Assembly: GCA_044070495.1 (NCBI GenBank)
Contig: JBIPSI010000005.1
Span: 1 to 64,000, forward strand
Reading direction: 5' to 3'
DNA length: 64,000 bases
From: Spirulina sp.
GTDB taxonomy: Bacteria > Cyanobacteriota > Cyanobacteriia > Phormidesmidales > Phormidesmidaceae
Position 1 is the first letter of the stretch, and each line of letters opens with the position of its first letter. The notes beneath the pieces were generated by a model. It was given only the letters and a program-made list of their open reading frames with translations. It was not told the origin of the DNA and did not search any database. Both the position numbers and the translations under genes were made by a program. Positions 1 through 9,879 of this stretch are shown piece after piece.

Positions 1-70
1 ACCCTCCTCACCACCCTCACCCTCCTCACCACCCTCACCCTCCTCACCACCCTCACCCTCCTCACCACCC
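1..70. repeat. Tandem 18-bp repeat (ACCCTCCTCACCACCCTC, ~4 copies; may extend left of window)
   Basis: Unit directly visible at 1-18, 19-36, 37-54, partial 55-70. Confidence 0.85.
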
Positions 71-83
71 CACCACCCCACCC

Positions 84-473
84 ATGCTCCCCCCCATCGA
101 CCGCATCAAACTCTCCCAATCCGCGAAAGACCAACTGGTCAAACTCAAGCGCATCACCAAAATTCCCACCTGGAACGTCCTTTGCCGCTGGGCGCTGTGC
201 CGTTCCCTGGCGGAACCGTCGATGCCGTCCCCCGTGCCCATCCCCGCCGACAGCAACCTAGAAATGACCTGGCAGGTCTTCGGTGGCCCCATTGCCGACC
301 AACTGCTCATCGCCCTCAAGCAGCGCTGCCATCAAGATGACCTCGGCACCGATCCCGAAACCCTGGCTACCCAATTACGGCTACATTTGCATCGAGGCAT
401 CGGCTACCTAGCAGGCGATCCCAATTTGAAAAGCATTGAAGACTTTTGTCGCCTAGGTCTTGCTGAGCCTTAG
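84..473 (+). CDS. dndE: DNA phosphorothioation protein DndE
   Basis: 129 aa; IKLSQSAKDQLVKLKRITKI..WNVLCRWALCRSLAE..MTWQVFGG..LHLHRGIGYL resembles cyanobacterial DndE. Confidence 0.85.
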   Translation: MLPPIDRIKLSQSAKDQLVKLKRITKIPTWNVLCRWALCRSLAEPSMPSPVPIPADSNLEMTWQVFGGPIADQLLIALKQRCHQDDLGTDPETLATQLRLHLHRGIGYLAGDPNLKSIEDFCRLGLAEP

Positions 474-486
474 AAGAACGATATAA

Positions 487-549
487 AAACCCGGTTTCTT
501 GGCCAAAGCACAAGACCCCCTGGGGTAGCGCAGCAGAAGCCGGGTTTTT
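487..549. repeat. Palindromic REP/MITE-like element (AAAACCCGGTTTCT...AGAAGCCGGGTTTT)
   Basis: Imperfect inverted arms; same motif family as 24263, 25744, 27403. Confidence 0.6.
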
Positions 550-588
550 ACCTATACTGAGAGTATCCCCCATACCGCAGGAGGCTAT

Positions 589-1146
589 ATGGTCTCAGTC
601 TTAAAAACGGTCAAATGGAATCTAGATGATTATCACCGCATGATCGATGGGGGAATTTTGACGGATCGGCGGGTCGAATTGTTGTGGGGAGAAATTGTTG
701 AAATGGCCCCAGAGGGAACACCCCATGCCCATCTCAGCAGTCGGGCGGGAGACTATATCCGTTCAAAACTTGCAGGACGAGCTAAGGTACGCGAAGAAAA
801 GCCGATCACGCTACCCAATGCCTCAGAACCCGAACCGGATATTGCCGTTGTGCAGGATTTGGGAGAGGAATATTTCGAGCATCATCCCTACCCAGAAAAC
901 ATCTTTTGGCTGATCGAGTATGCCGATGCCAGCTTGAAGAAAGACTTGGAAATTAAAATCCAGATCTACGCCGAAGCAGGTATTCTAGAATATTGGGTTG
1001 TCAACCTAAAAACTATGGAGTTAGTGGTCTTTAAAGAACCGACTGAAAACGGCTACCAACAACAAGAAACCTTGACGGAGGGCCAAGTTTATCCCGTCGC
1101 CTTTGTCGATGTAGCCTTGGCGGTGAGAAGCTTCATTCGTCGCTAG
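589..1146 (+). CDS. Uma2 (DUF820) family endonuclease
   Basis: RVELLWGEIVEMAP, SEPEPDIAVV, LIEYAD, K..IYAEAGILEYWVVNL. Confidence 0.9.
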   Translation: MVSVLKTVKWNLDDYHRMIDGGILTDRRVELLWGEIVEMAPEGTPHAHLSSRAGDYIRSKLAGRAKVREEKPITLPNASEPEPDIAVVQDLGEEYFEHHPYPENIFWLIEYADASLKKDLEIKIQIYAEAGILEYWVVNLKTMELVVFKEPTENGYQQQETLTEGQVYPVAFVDVALAVRSFIRR

Positions 1147-1149
1147 ACA

Positions 1150-2352
1150 TTAGTTTGAAAACAACAATGGCTGCACACTGCCATCGGGCAAAATATCGGG
1201 CAGCCACTCATCGCCTCGGTGTTCGGTGCCGTCCCATTTTTCGGGCCAGGTTTCGGCGGCAATGAGTTCATGAATCCGGGCCAGTTCTTCAGCGTTAATC
1301 AGGCAAATCTTGGGCTGTCCGGCTTGGGCGGCTCCGGCGTTGACTTCGGCTTCGATGCGGAGAATTTCCCCCAGCATCCATTCTCGCGTTTCTAGGGTGA
1401 GTGGCCCTAGGCGGCCCTGTTTTTTGGCCAAAGAACCGTCCTTTTTAACTTCCCCATGCTTCCGCAAACGGTACTGAGGCTTCTTGACTTCCCAATACAA
1501 CGGGCGCAGTTGTCGCAAGGGGGATAGGTACGTCCATCTGGGGTTGGCCAAAACCCGCTCCAGGGCGGCATCTTCCTGTACCAGGGGGCAGCCAATACAG
1601 CCCGTCCGGGCATTAATCGATTCGGTTTCGCCCAGGTCATCCTGGGGGTTGTGGCCGTAGACCTCGGCAACCTCAAAGGTGGGGTAGCCCAGTTCCACAT
1701 CGGCCTGCACCAGCCAGTCCCACACATGGCAGACTCGCCAGTGCAGCAGCGGCGCAAGCACATCAGCGACTGCATTTGAGGTGGTCTGCTGAAACCAGCC
1801 CTGGCCACACTCGCCGCCATCCTTGGTGCAGCTCATGGCAATGCGTTGGTCGCGGGCGGCAGATTCACCAATGCGCACCCCCGTCAGCATCAGAAACTTT
1901 TCGCCCCGCTCTTGGCGCAGGGTTTCTAGTTCTCGCTCCATGCTCATCACCTTCAGCTTGGGCGTACACCAGCGAAAGGTGTTGCTGGGCGGCGGCACCC
2001 CTCGGCCCAGCATGTAGACAAAGTAGCGGTGATCCAGCTTGGGCAGCACCACGCGGGTATCAAAGCCCCGAACCATGAGGGCGTCCAATAGGGCCATGGC
2101 CGCATTGTGCAGGGGCGGCAACTCCTGGCGGGTGTCGGCATAGAGGACGGTGATGCTCTCAGGGCGGGGCACCAACCCTTGATCGAGCAGGTGGGCTACT
2201 AGGGTGACGGTGGCGGTAGAATCCTTGCCGCCGGAGAAGGCGATTGACCAATGCGGATACAGCCCCCCATAGTGACGCAACGACTCCGCCGATAGCTCGA
2301 TGCTGCGATCTAGCGAGAGCCGCTCATGGTCAAATAGGCTTAGCGTTTTCAT
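1150..2352 (-). CDS. PAPS-reductase family / DndC-like protein
   Basis: PP-loop SGGKDST, RWCTPKLK, GVRIGESAAR, RTGCIGCP Fe-S cysteines. Confidence 0.8.
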   Translation of the reverse strand: MKTLSLFDHERLSLDRSIELSAESLRHYGGLYPHWSIAFSGGKDSTATVTLVAHLLDQGLVPRPESITVLYADTRQELPPLHNAAMALLDALMVRGFDTRVVLPKLDHRYFVYMLGRGVPPPSNTFRWCTPKLKVMSMERELETLRQERGEKFLMLTGVRIGESAARDQRIAMSCTKDGGECGQGWFQQTTSNAVADVLAPLLHWRVCHVWDWLVQADVELGYPTFEVAEVYGHNPQDDLGETESINARTGCIGCPLVQEDAALERVLANPRWTYLSPLRQLRPLYWEVKKPQYRLRKHGEVKKDGSLAKKQGRLGPLTLETREWMLGEILRIEAEVNAGAAQAGQPKICLINAEELARIHELIAAETWPEKWDGTEHRGDEWLPDILPDGSVQPLLFSN

Positions 2353-2551
2353 GGTCAGGGCGACCCCATATTTAGCGCTATTCTAACGAGAATCCCGGTC
2401 TAGATTAAATTGGCCCGTTGATGGATGGGTATGGGTGGGTGTGCTACGTAGCGCCTGATCCCCCCCAAGCCAGTGGGGTTTCCTGGCCGGGATGGGTAAC
2501 CTAGAGAGAAGTCGTTCCCTAGGGTTGTGCTGACGTTTCAACACCATCACC

Positions 2552-2890
2552 ATGCGAGTCTTTAATTATTTGTTGGGTCTAGCGCTCATCGTGCTAGGCA
2601 TTTATTTCCTGGGTAAAAACATCATCTTCACCACCTATGCCTATCCCTGGTGGCGGGGCATTGCTGCCGATATGTCCGTTATTTCCCTCTGTATTGGGGT
2701 GTTTGCCCTGGTCTTTTTACCGCCCCCCATGCGGCCCTTTGGCTGGGTAGCGGTGGCCTTTGGCATTGTGTGTGTCTTTGCCAGCAGTCGGGCCATACTA
2801 AACCCCACCAGTCTGTGGCAATTTTTCCTTTCGTTGATGGCGATGGGGTTTGGCTATAAGTTGCTCTCCCGCCGCCGTGCCCTGTTTTGA
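2552..2890 (+). CDS. Small membrane protein, hypothetical
   Basis: 112 aa, ~4 hydrophobic segments. Confidence 0.65.
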   Translation: MRVFNYLLGLALIVLGIYFLGKNIIFTTYAYPWWRGIAADMSVISLCIGVFALVFLPPPMRPFGWVAVAFGIVCVFASSRAILNPTSLWQFFLSLMAMGFGYKLLSRRRALF

Positions 2891-2975
2891 CCAGCCCAGA
2901 GGCCTAAAGTCCTGACTATTCAACCCCTAGGTCGCCTTTGCCAAACCTCTTTGCGGCCTGGGGGTTGATGCGCTT

Positions 2976-3614
2976 CTAACCCCTATCTGTGTTTTGAGGC
3001 TCAATCGGTCTTTGCATCGGCCCTAGGTAGCGGGTGAGGTAGGGAGAAAAGACCTCATAAATCAGCGTTAAAGGTTTACCTCGGTGCCAAAACAGGTAGT
3101 GACGGCCCCAAAACGGCCCTGGTTGGCCAAAGGCGGCTTCTAGGGCTGGAGATTCGCCAAAATAGAGGCCCTGGATGTCGCGATACAGTTCTGTGCGTAG
3201 ACGGGCGAGGCTGGCCCAAATCGGTAGGGACTTGTTCTGCAAATACTCATCCACATGGCTGGCTTCCCACCAGGAGGCGGCGTAGGCAAGGCGCTGCCCG
3301 GAGGCCGTCCTCAGCCATACCTGGCGGCGCACCCTTGGCCCCGGCACCACCCGGATAATGTCGGGGGCACCGTCCAAATCCAGGCCCACGCGGGACATGT
3401 CAATCACGTCTACCTCGGTGGGTTCGCGGGTGAGCAGTTGCAGATGGCGGGTGGGGGAACCATCGCCCAACAGCAAAATTTGCCAAGCGGGGGCCATCTG
3501 GTCGTGGGGTAGCCCCTGCTGCACCAGGGGCGATCCGGCCTGCCACAGGGGATCTAGGGCGTGCCAAGCGCAGGGGAGGGCGTTGGGGTTAATCGGCTGG
3601 GTTACGGAGGCCAA
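2976..3614 (-). CDS. Chorismate pyruvate-lyase-like (DUF98/Ycf21 family)
   Basis: LLLGDGSPTRHL, RRQVWL, YAASWW, GRHYLFWH..LIYEVFSP. Confidence 0.8.
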   Translation of the reverse strand: MASVTQPINPNALPCAWHALDPLWQAGSPLVQQGLPHDQMAPAWQILLLGDGSPTRHLQLLTREPTEVDVIDMSRVGLDLDGAPDIIRVVPGPRVRRQVWLRTASGQRLAYAASWWEASHVDEYLQNKSLPIWASLARLRTELYRDIQGLYFGESPALEAAFGQPGPFWGRHYLFWHRGKPLTLIYEVFSPYLTRYLGPMQRPIEPQNTDRG

Positions 3615-3690
3615 GGTGTGTTACAAAAGTTCATCTCTAGTTTCATAGTATCGTGCTTTTCTAGGGTCGTTTCCCCGTCTGGATATCCCC

Positions 3691-4401
3691 ATGGCCGTTG
3701 ATACCTGGTTTCCCCTCGCCATTTACTACGAAGACTTGCCCGATGCGCCCCAGCATCAAGCGGCGTTGATGGAGGCGGTGCTTGACCTGGAACAGTCGGG
3801 TTACGAGCCGCGCAACTTCCCCGAAATGGCCTGGACGGGAGACCTGCACGGGGTGGAGCAAATTCATCTAGACCCGCGCTTTGCCTGGATTGTGGGCCAG
3901 GTGGAAACCCATACCCGGCAATACCTAGATGCCCTAGGACTCGATCTAAACCAGGTGGATTTGTACATTCAGCGGGCTTGGCCTGTGGTGTCGCGCCATC
4001 AGCAGGAGGTGGGCACCCACTGCCACAACACCGCCAACATCAGCGCCGTGTACTACGTGGCGGTACCCGAATCCGGCAGCGATGAATCGGGCTGTTTAGC
4101 CTTTTTTGACGACGCCCGCCAAAACGAAGTCAGCCCCGGCATTGGCAGCGAAAACACCGACATCATCGCCCAGTGGAACTACCTCAACCAAGACCAGGCC
4201 CTTTACCTGCCCACGGAAGGCCGATTGATTCTCTTCCCCGCCAAGCAGCGCCACGGCGTCACCATGAACCACACGGAGGGGCTGCGAATTTCCCTCTCCT
4301 TTGATATTGTGCTCACCGCCGCACCAGGGCAGGCTGCGGGTTCCTACGAATTCCTCACCCCGCCCCCCAGCCAGTGGAAACGGTTTTCCCCGCCCGTCTG
4401 A
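3691..4401 (+). CDS. Putative 2OG-Fe(II) oxygenase (TIGR02466-like)
   Basis: HxH (THCHN), SAVYYV, LILFPAKQRHGV, RISLSF. Confidence 0.75.
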   Translation: MAVDTWFPLAIYYEDLPDAPQHQAALMEAVLDLEQSGYEPRNFPEMAWTGDLHGVEQIHLDPRFAWIVGQVETHTRQYLDALGLDLNQVDLYIQRAWPVVSRHQQEVGTHCHNTANISAVYYVAVPESGSDESGCLAFFDDARQNEVSPGIGSENTDIIAQWNYLNQDQALYLPTEGRLILFPAKQRHGVTMNHTEGLRISLSFDIVLTAAPGQAAGSYEFLTPPPSQWKRFSPPV

Positions 4402-4438
4402 TGGTTTATCCCACCAGTAAGCCCCAGCCTCTCCAAAA

Positions 4439-4587
4439 CCTGATTGCCTAACACATCTCCAAAGTAGGTTGGGTGCAGCGAAGCGGAACCCAACACTCGC
4501 CGAGGATTTTGGGCTGGTTGGGTTCTGCTATCGCGCCACCCAACCTACGAGAGATCAAGGCTTTTCGGCGTTGTGTCAGTCAGCCAG
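4439..4587. repeat. MITE-like element carrying an inverted GTAG-REP doublet
   Basis: GTAGGTTGGGTGCAGCGAAGCGGAACCCAAC ... GTTGGG..CACCCAACCTAC; imperfect ends CTGATTGCCTAACAC / GTGTCAGTCAGCCAG; ~59 bp nearly identical (reverse) at 54105-54163. Confidence 0.7.
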
Positions 4588-4737
4588 AACCAAAACACCG
4601 GGGGCGCACATAAAAGGCGTCCTAGCCATGCTGCCCAACGGCAACGGCTAGAACGCCTGTCTAAGTCCTGAATTGAAGCGTTGAAGAAGTTGGCAGGGGT
4701 AAGAATGCAGCAGTTAAGCTACAGCCCTCTACCCAAC

Positions 4738-5394
4738 CTAGGCGGCGGTGTTGTCTTCGGCTTCGGCCTTACGCTTCCGCAGAGCAGCAACCCCCATGCC
4801 AATTAGGCCAGGGAGAAGGGCGGGAGTGGGAACAGGCCTAGCAAAGACACTGAAATTGGACAACTCAGGGTTGTTATTCCCATTTGGTGTCTTAATTCCG
4901 TCAGTAGTAAATCCAAAAGAAGTTGCTGTGTATTTTCCTGCCTGGAAGTAATACGCTGCATATTCGGTAGCACCCTTAGGAACTAGTACCAAGCTAAACT
5001 TTGCGGGATCTAAGCTAGCAAAAGAAACAGAGCCACTTTTGCTATCAAAACCTGAAACGCTCGCCCCTAGCGAATTCGTACCCTCAATACCGTCACTGTC
5101 TTGTTTAGAGCTGAAGAACCAGTTAGAACTCTCCGCAAACAAGCCGTTGTTCAGGGCAGTCAGAAACTTGCCCCGCTCAGTTGGCTGATTAATCAGGCCG
5201 TCAAATGCGCCAGCACAATCAGTAGCTGAAGGTGTGAAGTGGCTGGTAGAACACACTCCCTTCCCTAGGGTAAGGCCAGCATCAGTAGCGGCAGTTATGT
5301 TAGCTGCGCTTGCAGGCTCAATCATTCCAACGGAGCCAAGCATAGTTAGCCCTGCTACAGAGGCAACTGCAAATTTTGACAAAGTTGTTTTCAC
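4738..5394 (-). CDS. PTPA-CTERM (PEP-CTERM-like) sorting-signal exoprotein
   Basis: N-terminal signal peptide; C-terminal VPTPALLPGLIGMGVAALRKRK; start uncertain (GTG 5394 assumed). Confidence 0.8.
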   Translation of the reverse strand: MKTTLSKFAVASVAGLTMLGSVGMIEPASAANITAATDAGLTLGKGVCSTSHFTPSATDCAGAFDGLINQPTERGKFLTALNNGLFAESSNWFFSSKQDSDGIEGTNSLGASVSGFDSKSGSVSFASLDPAKFSLVLVPKGATEYAAYYFQAGKYTATSFGFTTDGIKTPNGNNNPELSNFSVFARPVPTPALLPGLIGMGVAALRKRKAEAEDNTAA

Positions 5395-6012
5395 GGTTCT
5401 ATCTCCTAAACATGGTTTTGGGGATAGACGCAATTCGGTGTGCTCCCAAGCATTTCTGCTTAGTTGAATCGTTCACATGACACTCAACCGATTCCCTGAT
5501 TCCATTTCGGTAGCCCTGTGTGTCAGACCACTGGGTTGCTGGAAGCCAACTTGCCTAGCCCCTCAACCCTGGTCGCCTTGCACAGTGCAATCATGGAGCA
5601 GGCATCCCCCCCGAACAACAGGGTTCTAAGTATCTTCACGTAAGCTTCAAAGGATGAAAAGTCAGATTAGTCTTGCCCGTAGGTGTCGCTTATGGGACTT
5701 CAGCCCGTAGGTGAGGTGGCGCAATGTAAACCCAACATCCAAAATTTATGATGCTGCGCCCAAAAGCCGCAGCTCGTAGCGCCAATTTATCCAAAGTCAC
5801 TTAGTTATCGGAGTGGTTTGGAGCTGGCTGACTGACAAAAGATTCTTCATCGGGTGCGAAAACCGCACCCCTACAGGATTGGGTTCATATAGGGGTCAGG
5901 TCTACTGACCCTTTGGATGTCGGCTTCTTTATGAGGTAGAAGACGCTAGCTTGCCAATGGAGTTACCACGGTATCTGTGTAAAGGTGACATTCAGGCTGG
6001 CAATTTGCCACC

Positions 6013-6792
6013 ATGGACAAGGGCATCCTTATCAATACATGGACGCCCAAGGTTCATGATGGAAAGGAGGCTAAAGCCATGGGAAATCGAGGGATTTCGG
6101 CAACCCTAGGGCTGGTATGGGGGTTGGGATTGGCTTATGGGGGGCTATTGGGTCAACCGCTGGCGGTACAGGCCCAAGGAAACTCGGTGGGGTCGCTGAC
6201 CGCCGAACCGGGTTCTCGGATTAACGTTCGCACTGGCCCCGGTACAAGCCATACAGCCCAGCACTACGGTCTGCCGGGGGATCGGGTGACGCTTTTGGAC
6301 TCTGCCTTTGAACCCTGTGATAGCCCCCTAAGCTGTCGCGAGTGGCATCGGGTGCGGTTTCCGCAGTCGGGGGCGGTGGGCTGGGTGCGTGGGGATTTTC
6401 TGGTGCAGGGTAGCGCGGCCCTCAGCGAGGGATGCCACCGTCAACTGGCGGCGGAGCGAGATCGGGTGAATGGCGTGAGGAACGGCTTTTTGAGTGCGAT
6501 TTACCTCGCCCCCAGTCCAGAATCACCCTACCGAGATCGCCCTAACGAAATCACCTTTCAACTGGGTGGGGCGGGGCAGGAATCGGTGCTATCGTCGCCC
6601 CAGTTTATGCGAAATATGAGTGACCGCCTGATTCAAAGCTGTGGCAACGTCAGCGCCGTGCGGTACGCCTCCAATGCCTCAGGCTGGCACGATGTCTATG
6701 GGTTAATTAACGGCCAGGTCACGGGCTTTACCTGTGTGGATATGGGGCCGTCCCGTCGGTTGCGCTGGGGCGAATACTACTGCGGCCTCTAG
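6013..6792 (+). CDS. Secreted bacterial SH3-domain protein
   Basis: Signal peptide; INVRTGPGT...WHRVRF...GWVRGDF. Confidence 0.75.
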   Translation: MDKGILINTWTPKVHDGKEAKAMGNRGISATLGLVWGLGLAYGGLLGQPLAVQAQGNSVGSLTAEPGSRINVRTGPGTSHTAQHYGLPGDRVTLLDSAFEPCDSPLSCREWHRVRFPQSGAVGWVRGDFLVQGSAALSEGCHRQLAAERDRVNGVRNGFLSAIYLAPSPESPYRDRPNEITFQLGGAGQESVLSSPQFMRNMSDRLIQSCGNVSAVRYASNASGWHDVYGLINGQVTGFTCVDMGPSRRLRWGEYYCGL

Positions 6793-6957
6793 CAGAGCGG
6801 TTGAGCAGGGGGATTTCCTAAGCTTTTCCAGGCGTTTTGCCGAGGGTTCTGGGCGTGGGGGCAACGGGTTGTTTCGTTGGCCATTGGGATTGGCACGGCG
6901 GATCGGGTAGGCTTTAATACGTAACGTCATCCACCTTTCCAGAGGCAACGTTTGACC

Positions 6958-7296
6958 ATGATGCTGAAGTCCACCACTCGCCACGTACACATCTACACCG
7001 CCGTTGTTGAGAACAATGCCCTGGTACCCAGTGAAGATCGCCTTACCCTAGATGTGGATCCTGACAACGAGTTCAACTGGTCGGAGGAGGCCCTCAAGGC
7101 CCTCTACGGCGAATTTGATCGACTGGTAGACGCCGCCGAAGGGGAAGACCTGACCGACTACAACCTGCGTCGGATTGGTTCGGATCTGGAGCATTTCATC
7201 AAAACTCTGCTGAAGACGGGGCAAATTAGCTACAACCTTAAGAGCCGCGCCCTGAACTACAGCATGGGTCTGCCCCAGGTGGTGGCGGAGGAGTAG
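6958..7296 (+). CDS. ndhM: NAD(P)H-quinone oxidoreductase subunit M
   Basis: MLKSTTRHVHIYTA..LTLDVDPDNEFNW..YNLRRIGSDLEHF..NYSMGLP. Confidence 0.92.
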   Translation: MMLKSTTRHVHIYTAVVENNALVPSEDRLTLDVDPDNEFNWSEEALKALYGEFDRLVDAAEGEDLTDYNLRRIGSDLEHFIKTLLKTGQISYNLKSRALNYSMGLPQVVAEE

Positions 7297-7400
7297 GTAA
7301 TCCATGGCCCGTGTTCCTCTCCCCAGCATAGGGGCGAGCGGCCTAGGCTCCAGGGGAGGTTCTTCGATAGGATGACGACAGTTCTCTATGGGTTGACGGA

Positions 7401-9803
7401 ATGGTGATTCACTGCACCAATCCGACCTGCCGCACCTGGGTTTCTCAGCCCCTTGGGCGCTGTCCAGCCTGCCAAACGCCCCTGCCCTATCGGTTGCTGC
7501 TGGCGGTGGGCGATGGCCTACCCAAGGAGGTTGAAGCCACCCTCATCTCTGGTACTAGGGTGGCTCAGCGGTACATGGTCTGGAAACATCCCGTCTGGCT
7601 AGATACCCGCCCAGAGGATCCCATCGCCTCGGTGGATCCCATTCCACCACGGGTGCTTCCCTATCTGCATTTGTCTGGCTTTATTCAACATATTCCCCGT
7701 CCCTACGATTACCTCACGGGTGCAGCCAGTGGTTTGGGGGTAGATGTGCTGCTGCTGGAGGCGTCTCCCCTGGCGGTCACCCTGCCTCCTTCGCCCTCCG
7801 ATCCGGTGCAGGTGCAACGGTTACCCCTCATGGGTCAAGCCTGGGCAGAGGGGACAGCCCTACAACAGCTCAATTGGCTCCGGCAGATCGCCTACCTGTG
7901 GCCCGCCTTGGCCGAGCAACGGGTCGCCACAACCTTGATCACCCCAGAGACCCTCAGGGTTGATCAGTCCCTGCTGCGGATCACTCGCCTGGTGCCCGAT
8001 GCACCCCAGTCGCCCGCCTTGGCCGCCCTTGGCCGTCAGTGGAAACCCTTGGCATCCAAGGCTCAGCCTGTGCTGCGAGACTATCTAGGTTGGCTCACCG
8101 CAGCGCTAGCCCGTGGGGAATTGGTCTCGGCCTCGGCCCTGCTGGCGGAATTGGAGCAGGCGATCCAGACCCTAGCGACGGGGCTAACCGTGACCGTGGA
8201 GTGGGCCGCCGAAACCGATCAGGGGCTTTCCCGCGACCGCAATGAAGACGCCTGCTATCCCCAAGGAAAGGGTCACAAACAGGTGATCTCAGGGGTTGCC
8301 GCCTCCCAGAAAAGCGGGTTGGCCCTACCGCTGCTGGTGGTGTGCGATGGCATCGGTGGCCACGAACAGGGCAACGTGGCTTCCCAAACCGCCATTCAAA
8401 CCTTTCTTACGACCCTCCAGCCCCTAGCCCAGCAGGGCGACCTCAGCCCCGCCACCGTAGCCCAGGGGTTGAGGCAGGCGATGGTGGAGGTGAACACCAA
8501 CATCGTGAATCGCAACAACGACGAACACCGCTCTGAGCGGGCCAGGATGGGGACAACGGCGGTGTTGGCCCTGGTTCACTTTCCCTACGTGTCTGTGGCC
8601 CACCTGGGGGATAGCCGCGCCTATCGAGTGAGTGCCCACACCGCCTACCAAATCACCCTAGACGACGATGTGGCCTCCCGTGAGGCCCGCCTCGGCTATG
8701 CCCTCTACCAAGAAGCCACCCACATGGCGGGGGGAGGGGCGTTGGTGCAGGCCCTCGGCATCAACGATTCGGAGTACCTATACCCCACGGTGCAGCACTT
8801 TTTGCTGGACGATCCCTGTGTGCTGCTGCTGTGTTCCGATGGCCTCAGCGACTACGACCGGGTAGAGACCCTGTGGCCCCACACCGTTGCGCCCTTGGTG
8901 GGGCAAGCCGCGCCCTTGGAGCCTGCCATCCAGTCCCTCATTCAGTGGGCCAACCAGCTCAATGGCCACGACAACATCACCGTGGGGTTGATGCGGTTTT
9001 TGCCCCAGCCGTTGCGGGTTGCTTCGCCCCTGCCTGCGGCGGCCCTTGCGCCATCTGTCCCGCCGAACTCAGGATCAACCCTTCTGGCGCAACCCACCAG
9101 GGGAACCTTCTCCGACCGACCCACGCCGCCTGGGGCATCATCCCCTGAGTTTGGCCCTGGAGACGATCTCATCCCTGCCACAGAGGTAGCCGCTCTCCCT
9201 CAATCAACCCCTCGCTGGCCCTGGCGTGCGTTTTTGGCGGGGGCCGTTCCTACCCTTTTACTGCTGGCGGTCGGGGGCTGGGCCTATACCCGCTGGCAAC
9301 CCAAACCCTTACCGCTAGCGGCACTCCCCCCCTGGCCCTCTGACCTCCAGGCGGAAGTTTTTCAGGACTTAGCCCCAGCGAAAAGTCTTGATATTGCGGT
9401 CGGATCCTTTTGGCAGCGGTCGGTGGCCTGGGAGAATTCCGGTGATCCCGATCCCCTGGCCCTGCGGCCCAATCCCACGGCCTCTGTGCCGAATAATCTA
9501 CCCACCATTCCCGTAGGCAGTATTCTAAAGGTGGTAGATCGGCGTGGACTGTCCGATCAGCCTCAGTGGGTGTATCTTCAGGTTTGCGCCATTCCCTCTG
9601 GCGGTTCCCTCGCCCCGGTTCCCCCAGCATCGGGTTCATCGTCGGTAGGGGCCGGATCAGCGTCCTCCACCGAGGCTCGGTTAGCGACTCCGTTGGCCCA
9701 GCCCGGTCGTCAAGGCTGGGTTCGTTCCCAGGCCCTCTCCACCAACGCCACGCCCCTGACCGGAGTGTCTCCTAGCCAGCGGGGAATCTGCACCCTTCCC
9801 TAG
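7401..9803 (+). CDS. PP2C-family Ser/Thr phosphatase with N-terminal Zn ribbon and TM segment
   Basis: RDRNED, VCDGIGGH, MGTT, HLGDSRAY, LCSDGL, GHDNIT motifs. Confidence 0.88.
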   Translation: MVIHCTNPTCRTWVSQPLGRCPACQTPLPYRLLLAVGDGLPKEVEATLISGTRVAQRYMVWKHPVWLDTRPEDPIASVDPIPPRVLPYLHLSGFIQHIPRPYDYLTGAASGLGVDVLLLEASPLAVTLPPSPSDPVQVQRLPLMGQAWAEGTALQQLNWLRQIAYLWPALAEQRVATTLITPETLRVDQSLLRITRLVPDAPQSPALAALGRQWKPLASKAQPVLRDYLGWLTAALARGELVSASALLAELEQAIQTLATGLTVTVEWAAETDQGLSRDRNEDACYPQGKGHKQVISGVAASQKSGLALPLLVVCDGIGGHEQGNVASQTAIQTFLTTLQPLAQQGDLSPATVAQGLRQAMVEVNTNIVNRNNDEHRSERARMGTTAVLALVHFPYVSVAHLGDSRAYRVSAHTAYQITLDDDVASREARLGYALYQEATHMAGGGALVQALGINDSEYLYPTVQHFLLDDPCVLLLCSDGLSDYDRVETLWPHTVAPLVGQAAPLEPAIQSLIQWANQLNGHDNITVGLMRFLPQPLRVASPLPAAALAPSVPPNSGSTLLAQPTRGTFSDRPTPPGASSPEFGPGDDLIPATEVAALPQSTPRWPWRAFLAGAVPTLLLLAVGGWAYTRWQPKPLPLAALPPWPSDLQAEVFQDLAPAKSLDIAVGSFWQRSVAWENSGDPDPLALRPNPTASVPNNLPTIPVGSILKVVDRRGLSDQPQWVYLQVCAIPSGGSLAPVPPASGSSSVGAGSASSTEARLATPLAQPGRQGWVRSQALSTNATPLTGVSPSQRGICTLP

Positions 9804-9879
9804 GATCCCCTAACTTTCAGGATCCCGGCCAGCCTAGGCATTTCCCCGGCATTGCTCCCTAGCATTTCTCTATTGTGGT

